From contig JBMNFY010000017.1 of NCBI GenBank assembly GCA_050949565.1, positions 1,088,001-1,152,000 on the forward strand: a stretch of DNA of 64,000 nt, given 5' to 3'. The notes under the pieces are model-generated. The model searched no databases and had not been told where the DNA came from. It worked only from the letters and a program-made list of their open reading frames with translations. Shown one piece after another: positions 28,096-37,976 of the stretch. Origin of the DNA: Kiritimatiellia bacterium. GTDB taxonomy: Bacteria; Verrucomicrobiota; Kiritimatiellia; RFP12; UBA1067. Numbering within the stretch: position 1 is the stretch's first letter; each line of letters opens with the position of its first letter. A program made the translations under genes and the position numbers.

Positions 28096-30510
28096 ATGGT
28101 CATGAAACAGTCATTCATAGCGTTTTGTCTCACATTGGTCATCGGCGCGGGGGCCGCTTCGGCCGCCGTGACGAACGTGTTCCACGTGGCCGCAGGCGAT
28201 GTAAAGACGGTGAAGGAAATCGTCACCGCAAACGGCTGGTCGTGGGCGGATGACGACTGGCTCCGGAAGACGGGGCCGGGCGAACTGACGGCTTCGGCAG
28301 ATTACAAAGATACGAAGATCAACCTGCTCATCGAAGAAGGGTCTTATGCCGTCCCAACAATTGTCCACACGAGGGGAGGGAGGCTAATCATCAGGGACGG
28401 CGCGACGCTTCGCGTTGGCGGTATCCAAGATGCAATGGGTGGCGACTGGTATGTTTCCTTCGCCGGTCACGGGACGGGGCAGGGCGATAACCTCGGTGCG
28501 ATCAGCGTGGGCGGCGGTTTGATGAACCCGATTTTTGGCACGGGCACCATCTGGGACATGGCGTCCGACGCGACGATCTACAGCTATGGCACGATGAATG
28601 CGGTCTTTTCGGGTGGGAGTGAAACTGTCGGTCCGACCCTCAATATGAACGGCCGCACGCTGACCCTGCGCGGCAAGGATGTGAACGCCGTGTTCCGTCC
28701 GCGGTGGTATTGGAAGATCATCAATGCGGGACCGATCATCGTGCGCAACGGCGAGTTTGCCCGCCACGACACGACGAACGACTTTACGCCCAATATCCCG
28801 CTGGTCTCCTTTACAGAAGGCGCTGTGATGGCTGCGTACGGGACATCCTCTCTCTGGGGGAAAGTGGACGCCTTCTCGTTTGAGGCGGGGACGTCGCTCG
28901 CTAAAGGGAAGCAGGGCGTATCGGGCGTAACCTTGACGATGAAGAAGGCGACGGGGCCGGTGGCTATTTCGTCCGATGCCACCGTGACGATCTCTCAAGA
29001 GTTCGGCGTACGCGGAACGGATCTTGTGAACGGGAAATGGCTCACGTCTGCCAATGTGCTCACGTTCACAGAAGGGTGCGAGCTTTCATTCGCGGATCTC
29101 GGCGATCTTGCGCTGTCGGCAGGGACGGTCTACACAGCGGCCACCTCGGTAGCTTCCATTGCGGGTGTGCCCACGCCTACGGGTGATGCCGCGATGCTCT
29201 TTACGGTGGCGAACACCGGCTCAGCGCTCACGCTCACGGTAAAGAGCGGCATCATTGACGTTGTTCGCGACTGGAACCTTCAGACGAACGATGTAAATGC
29301 CGCCGCGAACAACACAGCAGCCGTGGCAGCGCATGTGGCGGAAGTCGTGGACGGTACGATCCTCTATTTTCCGTCTGGTGACTACTGGTTCACGGACACG
29401 CTCGACCTTTCGTCCGTGACGGCGACGAACGTAAGGTTGTGGAATCCGGCGGGAACAGCCAAACTGCGCGGCGGTGTCAGGCTGGGTGCGGCGTCGAATG
29501 TGACGGTGGACGAGCTTGTGTTTTCGGGGTGTGCGGGGCCGGCGATCGTGGCGACGAACACGGCGGGACTTACCGTCACGGATTGCACCTTCGACAAGGT
29601 GGGCGGCTTGTATGAGGACGGCAAGAAGTATCTCTTCGCTGCCGTGAACGTGACCGATTTCAACGTGACAGCAGGTGCCTATGTGACGGATGGCATGCAG
29701 TATGACGGGCAAGGATTCTTTGCGGGCGGCACGCAAGCGGCGCTGAGCGAAGCATACGCGGATGCCGTCGTGGTGCGGGTGACGGCTAAAGAGCACTGGA
29801 CGTGGTGGTTGGAGACAACGAACCGGCTCGCTCTCGTGCCGGCCGCCTACAACGGCAAGACTTGGCGGAAGATCGGCGCGGGCTCTTTCGACTCCGACAA
29901 CACGGGCATTCGGGATGTCGGTATTGCCGCTGTCGAGATTCTGGAGGGTGCGTTCGTGGTGCGTGGTAACGATGCCTGTCTGGGCGTGGCGTATGGCCCC
30001 GTGCGCGTGCATAGCGGAGCAACGCTGACGCTCGCAGAAGCCGGGACTGCCGCCAACAACCGCAGCATCAGGATTGCGGGCAGCGGGTCCGGCGCGGCTT
30101 TTCCTGCTGTCCGCTTTACAGGGTCGGCTATCTGGAATAAGACATCTAATGTGCGTTGGATATTGGAAGATGATGCAGCGATGTATGCGTCGATGACGGG
30201 CGAGGATGGCTCATTTCTGCGGGGTGCCATTGAGATGAATGGGCACACGCTGACGCTGAAGGGCGTGACGGATTCTCACTTCCGTTTCGGACGCACGTTT
30301 CAATGGAATGGCGGCGCCTACGGCAAGATCAACCTCTTCGCCGGCGTGAAGCTGCCCGTGGCGGCGCTGGAAGTGGACGGCGACAAACAGAAGATGGGCC
30401 TCTACGGCTCGTCGTCCTCTGCGGCGGAGTATGTGCGCGACGACCTCTTCATGGGCGCGGGAGTTCTGCGTGTGGGTGAACCGATCGGCTTGATGATTAC
30501 CATTCGCTAA
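28096..30510 (+). CDS. Secreted beta-helix/autotransporter-repeat-like protein with an internally duplicated module
   Basis: Signal peptide; two similar modules (RKTGPGEL..GATL..MNGRTLTLRG and RKIGAGSF..GATL..MNGHTLTLKG); ends PIGLMITIR. Confidence 0.65.
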   Translation: MVMKQSFIAFCLTLVIGAGAASAAVTNVFHVAAGDVKTVKEIVTANGWSWADDDWLRKTGPGELTASADYKDTKINLLIEEGSYAVPTIVHTRGGRLIIRDGATLRVGGIQDAMGGDWYVSFAGHGTGQGDNLGAISVGGGLMNPIFGTGTIWDMASDATIYSYGTMNAVFSGGSETVGPTLNMNGRTLTLRGKDVNAVFRPRWYWKIINAGPIIVRNGEFARHDTTNDFTPNIPLVSFTEGAVMAAYGTSSLWGKVDAFSFEAGTSLAKGKQGVSGVTLTMKKATGPVAISSDATVTISQEFGVRGTDLVNGKWLTSANVLTFTEGCELSFADLGDLALSAGTVYTAATSVASIAGVPTPTGDAAMLFTVANTGSALTLTVKSGIIDVVRDWNLQTNDVNAAANNTAAVAAHVAEVVDGTILYFPSGDYWFTDTLDLSSVTATNVRLWNPAGTAKLRGGVRLGAASNVTVDELVFSGCAGPAIVATNTAGLTVTDCTFDKVGGLYEDGKKYLFAAVNVTDFNVTAGAYVTDGMQYDGQGFFAGGTQAALSEAYADAVVVRVTAKEHWTWWLETTNRLALVPAAYNGKTWRKIGAGSFDSDNTGIRDVGIAAVEILEGAFVVRGNDACLGVAYGPVRVHSGATLTLAEAGTAANNRSIRIAGSGSGAAFPAVRFTGSAIWNKTSNVRWILEDDAAMYASMTGEDGSFLRGAIEMNGHTLTLKGVTDSHFRFGRTFQWNGGAYGKINLFAGVKLPVAALEVDGDKQKMGLYGSSSSAAEYVRDDLFMGAGVLRVGEPIGLMITIR

Positions 30511-30637
30511 TGGGTTGGAAAATCTGACGATGGCGTGTTTGACAAGACGTGTCAATCAAGGATAATGGCACGAAGTTCGTTTATGCCGCTCCGGCATTTG
30601 CGGGCACAGTGATCACTTTGCGCTGACAGAGGAAAGT

Positions 30638-31627
30638 ATGAGCAATCTGGAATTGAGCGGCAACCGGCGCGCCTTCATTGCGGCGGCGCTGACGGCCGGG
30701 GCGGCGGGAGCGTTGCCTGTGAGGGTGAGGGCGGCGGAGGCGGAGGCCGCTCCCATTCCCGGACGTGAAGGGTTGAAGGTGCGCGTGACGCCCTATTTTA
30801 AGGGCGGCTGGACGATGTACATGTTTGCGAATCGCGGCACCTCGCAGATGTTGTCGACGTTGTTCGTCTCGCCGTCCGCTAAGGTCGTGATGATTGATGG
30901 CGGTATGCCTGACGATGCCGCCTTCCTCTACGCCACGCTTCAGGCATTGGGCGGAACGGTCGACACCTGGTTCCTCACCCATGCGCACAGCGACCATTAC
31001 GGCGCGTTGGGAGAGATCATCAAAAAGCCGGCATGCGGCGGCTTGAAGATCGGGCGGGTCGTCTATTCGTTTCCGTCGCTTGAGTTCATCGCGCAAACGG
31101 AGAAGGCAAGCATCCCCTACGTGACGCCATTTCTTGAGAACCTCGCGCGGAGCGGGTTGCGGGTGGAGAAGCCGACCGTGGGTGGCGTGTTTGATTTCGG
31201 CGAGAGCTTGACGTTCGAATGCCTGAACGATTACGACCTGAGCATGCGCGTCAACTCGATCAACAACGCCGGCATCTGTTATCGCGTGATGAACGGCGGC
31301 TCGTCCATTCTCGTTACCGGTGACATCGGCGTGGAGCAAGGCGACAAGCTGCTGAAGATGCACCCTCCGGAAAAAATCAAGAGCGACATCGTGTTCCTCT
31401 CACATCACGGTCAGTGCGGCGTGAACAAAAACTTTTATGAGGTCGCGAAGCCCGAGGTCTGCGTGTGGCCGACGCCGCAATGGCTGTGGGACAACAACAT
31501 CAGCGGCAAGGGCTACGGATCCGGCCCGTGGCGCACGAACTACGTGAAATGCTGGATGCAGGATATCGGCGTGACGCGCCAGATCCTGCTGACGCAAGAT
31601 GCAGCACTTGGGCCGAAAACCAGTTAG
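30638..31627 (+). CDS. MBL-fold metallo-hydrolase (ComEC/Rec2-like), Tat-exported
   Basis: NRRAFI, IDGG, THAHSDHYG, TGD, SHHG. Confidence 0.85.
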   Translation: MSNLELSGNRRAFIAAALTAGAAGALPVRVRAAEAEAAPIPGREGLKVRVTPYFKGGWTMYMFANRGTSQMLSTLFVSPSAKVVMIDGGMPDDAAFLYATLQALGGTVDTWFLTHAHSDHYGALGEIIKKPACGGLKIGRVVYSFPSLEFIAQTEKASIPYVTPFLENLARSGLRVEKPTVGGVFDFGESLTFECLNDYDLSMRVNSINNAGICYRVMNGGSSILVTGDIGVEQGDKLLKMHPPEKIKSDIVFLSHHGQCGVNKNFYEVAKPEVCVWPTPQWLWDNNISGKGYGSGPWRTNYVKCWMQDIGVTRQILLTQDAALGPKTS

Positions 31628-31640
31628 GTCATTGGGAAAT

Positions 31641-32699
31641 ATGAGCCGTTTTCTTTTTTTGATTTTTTGGATTTCCGCGGTCGTTTGCTCAGGCAATGCC
31701 GAAGAGCCGCAGGACGATGACACACCCGGACTCGAACTGGTGGGGACGAACATCGCCGCTCTGGGAGAGGTCACGCTTCTCGACCGTCCGCAAAGTGTTT
31801 TCGTGCTGACAAACCGTACCGATCAGACCCTTGCCATCCGCAGCCTGCGTCGTACGTGTGCGTGTATCACGGCTTCCGTAGATACCATGTCCGTTCCGCC
31901 TGGGGGTAGCGCCCGTATCACGATGGTTCTTGATCTGACCGGCATTCAGGGGTCTTTCAAACGCGCCCTTTGGGTCACGTTGGCCGACTCCGACCGTAAG
32001 CGTATCCTGCTCCAGCAGGCTGGCACTGTCCTCCCGCTGTTCAACGGGCTTCCGGATGGGGAGGTCGCGCTGAGCGCACCGGATCTGGCTACGGCCTGCT
32101 GGACCAATACCTTTATCCTGACTCCGACCGATCCGCGTTTGCGACTGGGAACACCGCTCTTCGCCGCCACCAACAGCGCACTGCGCCAGACGGCCACGCT
32201 TGTCACCAACGCCGCACCGCAAGGCACCTACACCTTGACGGTCGTCTTGCAGGCGCTGACTAACGCCCATGCTGAGACGCGCCTGCTCCTGCCGGTAACG
32301 GGTGCCGAGAATCGAAAAGACCAGCTTCTGCTCAAGCTCAATGCCAAGGTCGGCCAGCGCCTGACAGTCAGACCGGATCAGCTCTATCTGCGCGAGTCGC
32401 CCCGTCCGACCCTCAACCGTTTCCTGCTGCGGACCGATACCGAGTCGGCCGATCCTGCGCTGCTGACCTGGACGCCGCAACTTGAAGGTATGACCGTGAC
32501 GCCGCGGACCGTCAAGTCAAAGTCCAGCCTGTTGGTGACGCTGACGCTGACTCCGCAAGCCGTCAAAACGTGGTTGGCGCAACCGGAGGCGAGTTTGTCG
32601 TTCGCCTACACCAACCACGCGCCCGCGATCATTCGCGTTTTACCTGCTTTGGAAGACGATGCTGATGCCGGCGCGGAGGAAGAGGAAGAAGAGGAGTAA
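31641..32699 (+). CDS. DUF1573-domain exported protein
   Basis: F.LTNRTDQTL.I..LRRTCACITA..VPPGGS; acidic tail. Confidence 0.7.
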   Translation: MSRFLFLIFWISAVVCSGNAEEPQDDDTPGLELVGTNIAALGEVTLLDRPQSVFVLTNRTDQTLAIRSLRRTCACITASVDTMSVPPGGSARITMVLDLTGIQGSFKRALWVTLADSDRKRILLQQAGTVLPLFNGLPDGEVALSAPDLATACWTNTFILTPTDPRLRLGTPLFAATNSALRQTATLVTNAAPQGTYTLTVVLQALTNAHAETRLLLPVTGAENRKDQLLLKLNAKVGQRLTVRPDQLYLRESPRPTLNRFLLRTDTESADPALLTWTPQLEGMTVTPRTVKSKSSLLVTLTLTPQAVKTWLAQPEASLSFAYTNHAPAIIRVLPALEDDADAGAEEEEEEE

Positions 32700-32783
32700 T
32701 CCTCCTAGATGTGTACGGCCTCCCACCGGGATGGAGCACGTCGAACGCCCAACGCCGAACTCAGAACTCAGAATGCAGAAGCA

Positions 32784-33329
32784 TTAAAACGTCACCAGCA
32801 GCCCGTTCGCGACTTTACGCGCAGTTTCTTCGCCGGCAAAGTGCTGCACCAACACCAGTGCAAAGAGCATGGCTGTGCCCGGCCCTTGGCTGGTGATGAT
32901 GTGGCCGTCGGCAATCACCGGCGCTTCGTCATACGCCTTGCCCAGAGCTTCCGCGCAGGCGGGATAACACGTGGCGCGCCGTCCTTTGAGCACGCCGGCC
33001 TGCGCCAGCACTGTGGGAGCGGCGCAGATGGCGGCCACAAATTTATCGGACTCAGCAAACGCCCGGAGCGTCGCAAGCACCCGCTGGTCGGCCGCCAGAT
33101 TTTCGGTGCCCAGTCCGCCGCCCGGCAGCACGATGGCACCGAAGGAGTCGATCTCCAGTTCGTCCCACACGGTATCGGCCAGCAGCACCACATCGCGTGA
33201 TCCCGCGACCGACCGATCATTGCCCAATGCGGCTGACACCACCTCAATCCCGCCGCGCCGCAAAACGTCGATCACTGTGACTGCCTCAATCTCCTCGACA
33301 CCATCCGCCAAAGGAACCAAAACACGCAT
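32784..33329 (-). CDS. DJ-1/PfpI family protein (YajL/ThiJ-like)
   Basis: ADGVEEIEAVT, LPGG, AAICAAP, TCYP, TSQGPGT. Confidence 0.92.
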   Translation of the reverse strand: MRVLVPLADGVEEIEAVTVIDVLRRGGIEVVSAALGNDRSVAGSRDVVLLADTVWDELEIDSFGAIVLPGGGLGTENLAADQRVLATLRAFAESDKFVAAICAAPTVLAQAGVLKGRRATCYPACAEALGKAYDEAPVIADGHIITSQGPGTAMLFALVLVQHFAGEETARKVANGLLVTF

Positions 33330-33422
33330 CTTGTACCTCCTTGATTACACTCAAAATACTATGCCCGCCATCATAGCGTATCCAAAGAGTCGGCGCAAGA
33401 CCGCGAAAAACCGGATTCGGGG

Positions 33423-33451
33423 TTGACCCCTTTTGCGTCTCCCTTCATAAT
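33423..33451 (+). promoter_or_regulatory. Sigma70-like promoter
   Basis: TTGACC-17 nt-CATAAT upstream of RBS GGAGG and ATG 33491. Confidence 0.55.
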
Positions 33452-33490
33452 GGACCTAATCTAGTGAGAATTTTTTATTGGAGGGTACAC

Positions 33491-34933
33491 ATGCGACGTC
33501 GTGAGTTTTTGAAGGTAACCGCAGGCAGTGCGGCTTTTCCGCTGTTTTCGATCGGAGAGCCGGCTGCCGCAAAGAAGAAGATCCGGTTGGGACTTATCGG
33601 GTGCGGCGGCCGTATGGGGCTCGGCATACATTACGGTATTTTGAACAACATGTGCGGTCCGGACGAGGAGATCGTCTGCATGGCCGAGCCTGATCCGAAC
33701 CGGTGGGACAGGGTTCGCGCCGTGGTGAAGCACCATCAGCCGACGACGGACACCTCAAAAATCCGGGCCTTTTATGATTACCACGAGATGTTGGACAAGA
33801 TGGGGAACGAGATCGACGCTGTCGCGATCGCGACGCCCAATCACCATCACGCCCTCCCCGCCCTTCTTGCGATGGCGAAGGGCCTGCACGTCTTCGTCGA
33901 GAAGCCGATGGCGTTGACGATCGAAGAAGTGCGCCTCATGCACGCGGCGCAGAAAAAGTCCGGTGTCGCGACGCAGGTCGGCAACCATGGCCACAGCGAT
34001 GAGGGCATGCGCCGCCTCGTAGAATACATCCAGAGTGGCGCGATCGGTCAGGTCCGCGAGGTGTGGGCCTTCAATGACCGCCTGAACGCGATGATGTACA
34101 ATCCGCCGAAGGCCGATCCGCCGAAGGGCATGGATTGGGACGCATGGTGCGGGCCCGCGCCGATGCGCGATTATTACGCGCCGACCGAGGATCACAACGG
34201 CATCCATCCGCGCGACTGGCACGCATGGATCGGCTACGGCAACGGCGCGATCGGCAACATGGGAACGCACATCCTTGATCCCGTCTTCTGGGCGCTGCGC
34301 CTCGGCGAGGTGCATCCTACGAGCGTGGAAGCCACCGATCTCAAGTGGGGCGCGGAAGGGAGTTGGACGTGGCGCAACACGCTCCACTGGCAATTCCCCG
34401 CGCGCAAGGGCATGGATCCGCTGACGTTGCATTGGTATGACGGCGTCAAAGATGGCATCCCGTACAAAAAGACGCATGTGAATAAAATCGGCGTCTGCCT
34501 GAAGCGCGATTATCAGAACCTGCCGCCGATTATCGAGGAGCTTGAAAAGAAACACGGTCAAAACTTGGGTTGCCTTGGCACGGTGTACATCGGCGAGAAG
34601 GGAGCCATGGCGATCGGCCCGCACGGCAACGGCCTTCAGTTCGTCCCAGACTCGCTCAGGACGCAGCTCCCGAGTCCGCCGAAGACGATCCCGCGCGAGA
34701 AGGGCATGAACCACACTGAGGATTGGTTGCGCGCGATCCGCAACCCGAACCGTCCGGCCGGCTGTAACTTCGATTACTCTGCACCGCTTGCGACAACGGT
34801 GCTCCTCGGCAACGTGGCGGCCCGTGCGGGACTTAAGAAACTTGAATGGAATGGCACGAAGGTCACGAACGACGAGAGCGCGAACGCGTTTCTCAAGACG
34901 ACGTACCGTAAGGGCTGGGAGATTAAGGGATAG
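33491..34933 (+). CDS. Gfo/Idh/MocA oxidoreductase, Tat-exported
   Basis: MRRREFL, IGCGGR, IATPNHHH, EKP, GNMGTHILD. Confidence 0.9.
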   Translation: MRRREFLKVTAGSAAFPLFSIGEPAAAKKKIRLGLIGCGGRMGLGIHYGILNNMCGPDEEIVCMAEPDPNRWDRVRAVVKHHQPTTDTSKIRAFYDYHEMLDKMGNEIDAVAIATPNHHHALPALLAMAKGLHVFVEKPMALTIEEVRLMHAAQKKSGVATQVGNHGHSDEGMRRLVEYIQSGAIGQVREVWAFNDRLNAMMYNPPKADPPKGMDWDAWCGPAPMRDYYAPTEDHNGIHPRDWHAWIGYGNGAIGNMGTHILDPVFWALRLGEVHPTSVEATDLKWGAEGSWTWRNTLHWQFPARKGMDPLTLHWYDGVKDGIPYKKTHVNKIGVCLKRDYQNLPPIIEELEKKHGQNLGCLGTVYIGEKGAMAIGPHGNGLQFVPDSLRTQLPSPPKTIPREKGMNHTEDWLRAIRNPNRPAGCNFDYSAPLATTVLLGNVAARAGLKKLEWNGTKVTNDESANAFLKTTYRKGWEIKG

Positions 34934-34975
34934 GATAACGTTCAACGCTCAACTTTTAACGTTCAAGTAAGGAAC

Positions 34976-35027
34976 GGGAGGGGCAAGCGTCTGCTTGCCC
35001 GCGGACGAGCAGACGCTCGTCCCTCCC
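34976..35027. repeat. REP-like double palindrome
   Basis: gggcaagcgtctgcttgccc and ggacgagcagacgctcgtcc; the same motifs occur at ~62110-62155, ~25517 and ~27712. Confidence 0.7.
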
Positions 35028-35056
35028 CTCTGTGTAAGGAAAAGAAAGGGAAGACT

Positions 35057-36178
35057 ATGCTGAGAAGGGATTTTGTATCAATGGGATTGGCGAGCGCGGC
35101 ACTCGCGGGATATGCGGCAAAGTTGCCGAAAAAGGTGTCCACCGCCGTTGCCAAGGCGGATGGCGGCGGCGACAAGCGGATGCGCGGTCCGTTCCCGATT
35201 CTCTCCACGCCGTATCACGAGGACGGCAGCATGGATTACGAGTCGCTCAAACGCGGTGTGCGCTTCACAGCGGACAGTGAGTGTCCGGGCGTGATTTGGT
35301 GTCAGTCGAACGATGCGGTCGATCTGCTGACCTTTGAAGAGAAAGTGAAGGGGTATGAGGCATGTGCCGAGGCGATGCAGGACGTGAACTGCATGATGAC
35401 GTTCGGTTGCAACGGCGTGGACACGGCGCAGATGCTCCGCGAGACCGAGGCCGTCGAGCAGATCGCCAAGAAGTACCCGCGGACAAACATCGCGATCATC
35501 ACGCGTCCGCCAAGTACGGGCAAGACACTTGATGACGTGCGCGCCTACTACGAGGCACAGGCCAAAGTGGCGCAGCGCCCCGTGATCATCCAGACGGTCG
35601 TGAACAACACCTGCCCGTCCCCGACGGTCGATATGCTCATCGACCTCGCGCGGAAACATCCGAAGATTTTCGGGTACATCAAGGAGGAGTCGGGCGGCTC
35701 GAAGGCGAACGAGAACATGATCAAAGAAAACGCCGCAAAACCGATCATCCACACGGTATTCAGCGCGTGGGGCGGTTGGCAGTGGCTCTATCAAAGCCGC
35801 CGTTGCGGATCGGAAGGGCTCATTTCAGAGCGCTGCGCATATGCGCCGCTGCTTGGGTACATCTGGAAGCAGATGGAGAACAACGACCGCGACGGCAAGC
35901 TGACGCTTGCTTACGCGCTTTTCCGTCTCTTGATCGACCAGCGCGACTTCCCCGGCGGCTTGCGCGGGTATTCGCTCTATTACCTCCAGCGTCAGGGCGT
36001 GTTCAAGACCACCGTTTCGCGTGTCTACCAAAAAGCCGAGCAAAAAGAGCAAGGTATGGTAGCGACCGGCGACACCACAAGTTGGAAGCTCCACAACTTC
36101 AAGCTCACGGATCTTCAGAAAGCCGAACTCGACGAGTGCTACGACGATATGCTCCGTTTCGTGAAGGAAAATAGCTGA
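35057..36178 (+). CDS. Dihydrodipicolinate synthase-family (class I aldolase/lyase) protein, Tat-exported
   Basis: LRRDFV, PILSTPYHEDGSMD, LTFEEK, GYIKEE. Confidence 0.75.
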   Translation: MLRRDFVSMGLASAALAGYAAKLPKKVSTAVAKADGGGDKRMRGPFPILSTPYHEDGSMDYESLKRGVRFTADSECPGVIWCQSNDAVDLLTFEEKVKGYEACAEAMQDVNCMMTFGCNGVDTAQMLRETEAVEQIAKKYPRTNIAIITRPPSTGKTLDDVRAYYEAQAKVAQRPVIIQTVVNNTCPSPTVDMLIDLARKHPKIFGYIKEESGGSKANENMIKENAAKPIIHTVFSAWGGWQWLYQSRRCGSEGLISERCAYAPLLGYIWKQMENNDRDGKLTLAYALFRLLIDQRDFPGGLRGYSLYYLQRQGVFKTTVSRVYQKAEQKEQGMVATGDTTSWKLHNFKLTDLQKAELDECYDDMLRFVKENS

Positions 36179-36221
36179 GTTGTAGAGACGGCTCTCTGTG
36201 GCATGTACAGCGGTTTCGGTG

Positions 36222-36719
36222 ATGAACTCCGACTGCGTAAAAAACTGGCCAAAGAACGAGCGACCGCGTGAACGGCTGTTGGCCGAGGGTGCCGATAAAG
36301 TGTCGGATGCCGATCTCTTGGCCATTGTTCTGCGTGTAGGAAAGGGGACGTTTAAAAAAGGCGTCCAAGGGCAAAATGTCTCGGCATTCGCCCGGAGTCT
36401 GATTGCCCAGTTTGGGAGTCTGCGGGCGCTGGATCGCGCCCGAATCCAGGATTTGCTGAAAGAACTGGCGGACTACCGGAAGCGCATGAACGACCGCATT
36501 ACGACGGAAACCCGCGCCCTGCTCAAGGAACGTTTCCCGTATCCGATCTTTCTCTACGAAGCCGAGAAGGTCGGCATCACCGCCACCGGCGAGCAGGACC
36601 AGAATGAACTCTATCCCAACGACAACCTGCCTCCCGAAGTGACGCGCACCGCCGTCGAACTCTATCAGGACTTTCGCCGCGACCCGACGCCGTTCTTCAT
36701 CGAGGAGACGACGAAATGA
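36222..36719 (+). pseudogene. Chimeric ORF: RadC N-terminus fused to a putative type I methyltransferase (HsdM-like) C-terminus
   Basis: WPKNERPRERLL..GADKVSDADLLAI..FGSL is the RadC N-domain, but the JAB domain is absent; the tail YPIFLYEAEKVGITATG resembles N-6 DNA methylase C-termini. Confidence 0.65.
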
Positions 36720-36878
36720 CCGCTGCCGCCCTTGTCCGTCCAGCGCGAGATCATGGTGCGCGTGGCAGCCGGGCGCGAAGAAATTGCCCGCGAGACGGCG
36801 AAGGCTGAGCGTCTTTCCCGCGAGATCAACGACGAGATCGAAGCCTTGATCTTGGGCACGAAAAAGATTGGGGCATGA
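36716..36878 (+). pseudogene. HsdS (type I specificity subunit) remnant
   Basis: ATGA overlap followed out of frame by PLPPLSVQREIM..EIEALILG*, the conserved HsdS helical end. Confidence 0.6.
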
Positions 36879-36954
36879 TCGAATGGGATATGCAGACGCA
36901 TATTGTGCTTTAACGAAATGAATCGTAGGCACGAATGGAGACAGAGAAAACAAA

Positions 36955-36978
36955 GGCCCCTCCGTTTCGGGAGGGGCC
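36955..36978 (-). terminator. Rho-independent terminator of the DUF2188 gene
   Basis: GC-rich hairpin ggcccctcc..ggaggggcc followed by TTTGTTTT on the minus strand. Confidence 0.7.
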
Positions 36979-36993
36979 ACGGGATCCGATGTC

Positions 36994-37221
36994 CTATCTT
37001 TGGTCACGGGGCGGACAGGGATCGTTTCCGTAAGAAATGGAGTCACGAATCTGACCGTTTGGCCGATGAATCACGACTTCCAAACCTTCGCGTTTGCCAA
37101 GGTCTGTTGCCTGGCGCACGGCTTGCGTCTGCGTCGGGGCCACAAAGGAGGCCCTTCCAGCGTTGGGCCGCACAGCGGCCCAACCGTCCCCTCGGGGAAC
37201 TACATGGATTCTTTTTTCCAT
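36994..37221 (-). CDS. DUF2188-domain protein
   Basis: HVVPRGDGWAA..RAS..TQ..A..A..EVVIHRPNGQIRD..SYGNDP.PP. Confidence 0.88.
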   Translation of the reverse strand: MEKRIHVVPRGDGWAAVRPNAGRASFVAPTQTQAVRQATDLGKREGLEVVIHRPNGQIRDSISYGNDPCPPRDQR

Positions 37222-37274
37222 GTTTCGTTATCCTTCCGAACTGTCTGCCACACCGTTCATCGGCTGCCCGAACC

Positions 37275-37785
37275 GCCGACATCCGTAAGCTGTACGCGAA
37301 GAAGATGGAATATCTCGCCCGCGTCCGGGACGGGAGCACGGGGGAGATCGGCAACGGATACAGCGCCTGCCTGGCGGTCGCCTGCGAGAGCGGCGGCCGC
37401 CGGATCACGCCGTTGCACATGCGGCTGTGGTCGAGCGAGGCGGAGGGCTTCATCAGCCAGAACGACGAGGTGCTCGGCGTCATCGACCAGATCAGCTCCC
37501 GCGCGAAGAAGCGCGGCATCTACGTCATCGACCGCGGAGGCGACGGAGACTGGCTGTTCGACGGCCTGGACCGGCGCAAACTGGACTACATCGTGCGCCT
37601 CGTGGGCAACCGCAACCTGCTCCACGGCCGGCGGACCGCGCTGGCCGAAGAACTGGCGGCATCCTGCCCCATGAAGCACATCGAGATCGTCACGAGGGAG
37701 ACGGGGGACGGGGTGAAAAGCTATAAGCTGGAGTTCGGCGCCATGACCGTCGCCCTGCCGCAGAGGCCCGACAAGCCCTTCGGAA
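37275..37785 (+). mobile_element. IS4-like DDE transposase internal fragment
   Basis: DIRKLYAKKMEYLARVRDGS..GY..VIDRGGD..YIVRLVGNRNL; no start and no C-terminus. Confidence 0.7.
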
Positions 37786-37917
37786 TCTGGGCATTGACGG
37801 GGACGGCATCATATGCCATACTGTTCGTACTTTTGATCGGAACAGCATTCCCGTCTTAGTGACAGAATGTGATTTCCTTGGCCGGTGTTGTCGCATCGGC
37901 CTTTTATCGGTAATCAC

Positions 37918-37956
37918 GGTTGACAGAATAATAAATTATTGATGAGTTTGTCAACC
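37918..37956 (+). promoter_or_regulatory. Palindromic operator/promoter upstream of the XRE-ImmA gene
   Basis: GGTTGACA...TGTCAACC inverted repeat containing TTGACA and an inner AATAAT-AA-ATTATT palindrome. Confidence 0.6.
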
Positions 37957-37976
37957 ACGATGAACGGAAGGAGGCC

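Noticed and set aside
34938-34966. Heptamer-like low-complexity runs (also ~32741, ~54896, ~61777)
   Set aside because: Short and degenerate, a common intergenic feature in such genomes; no function can be supported.
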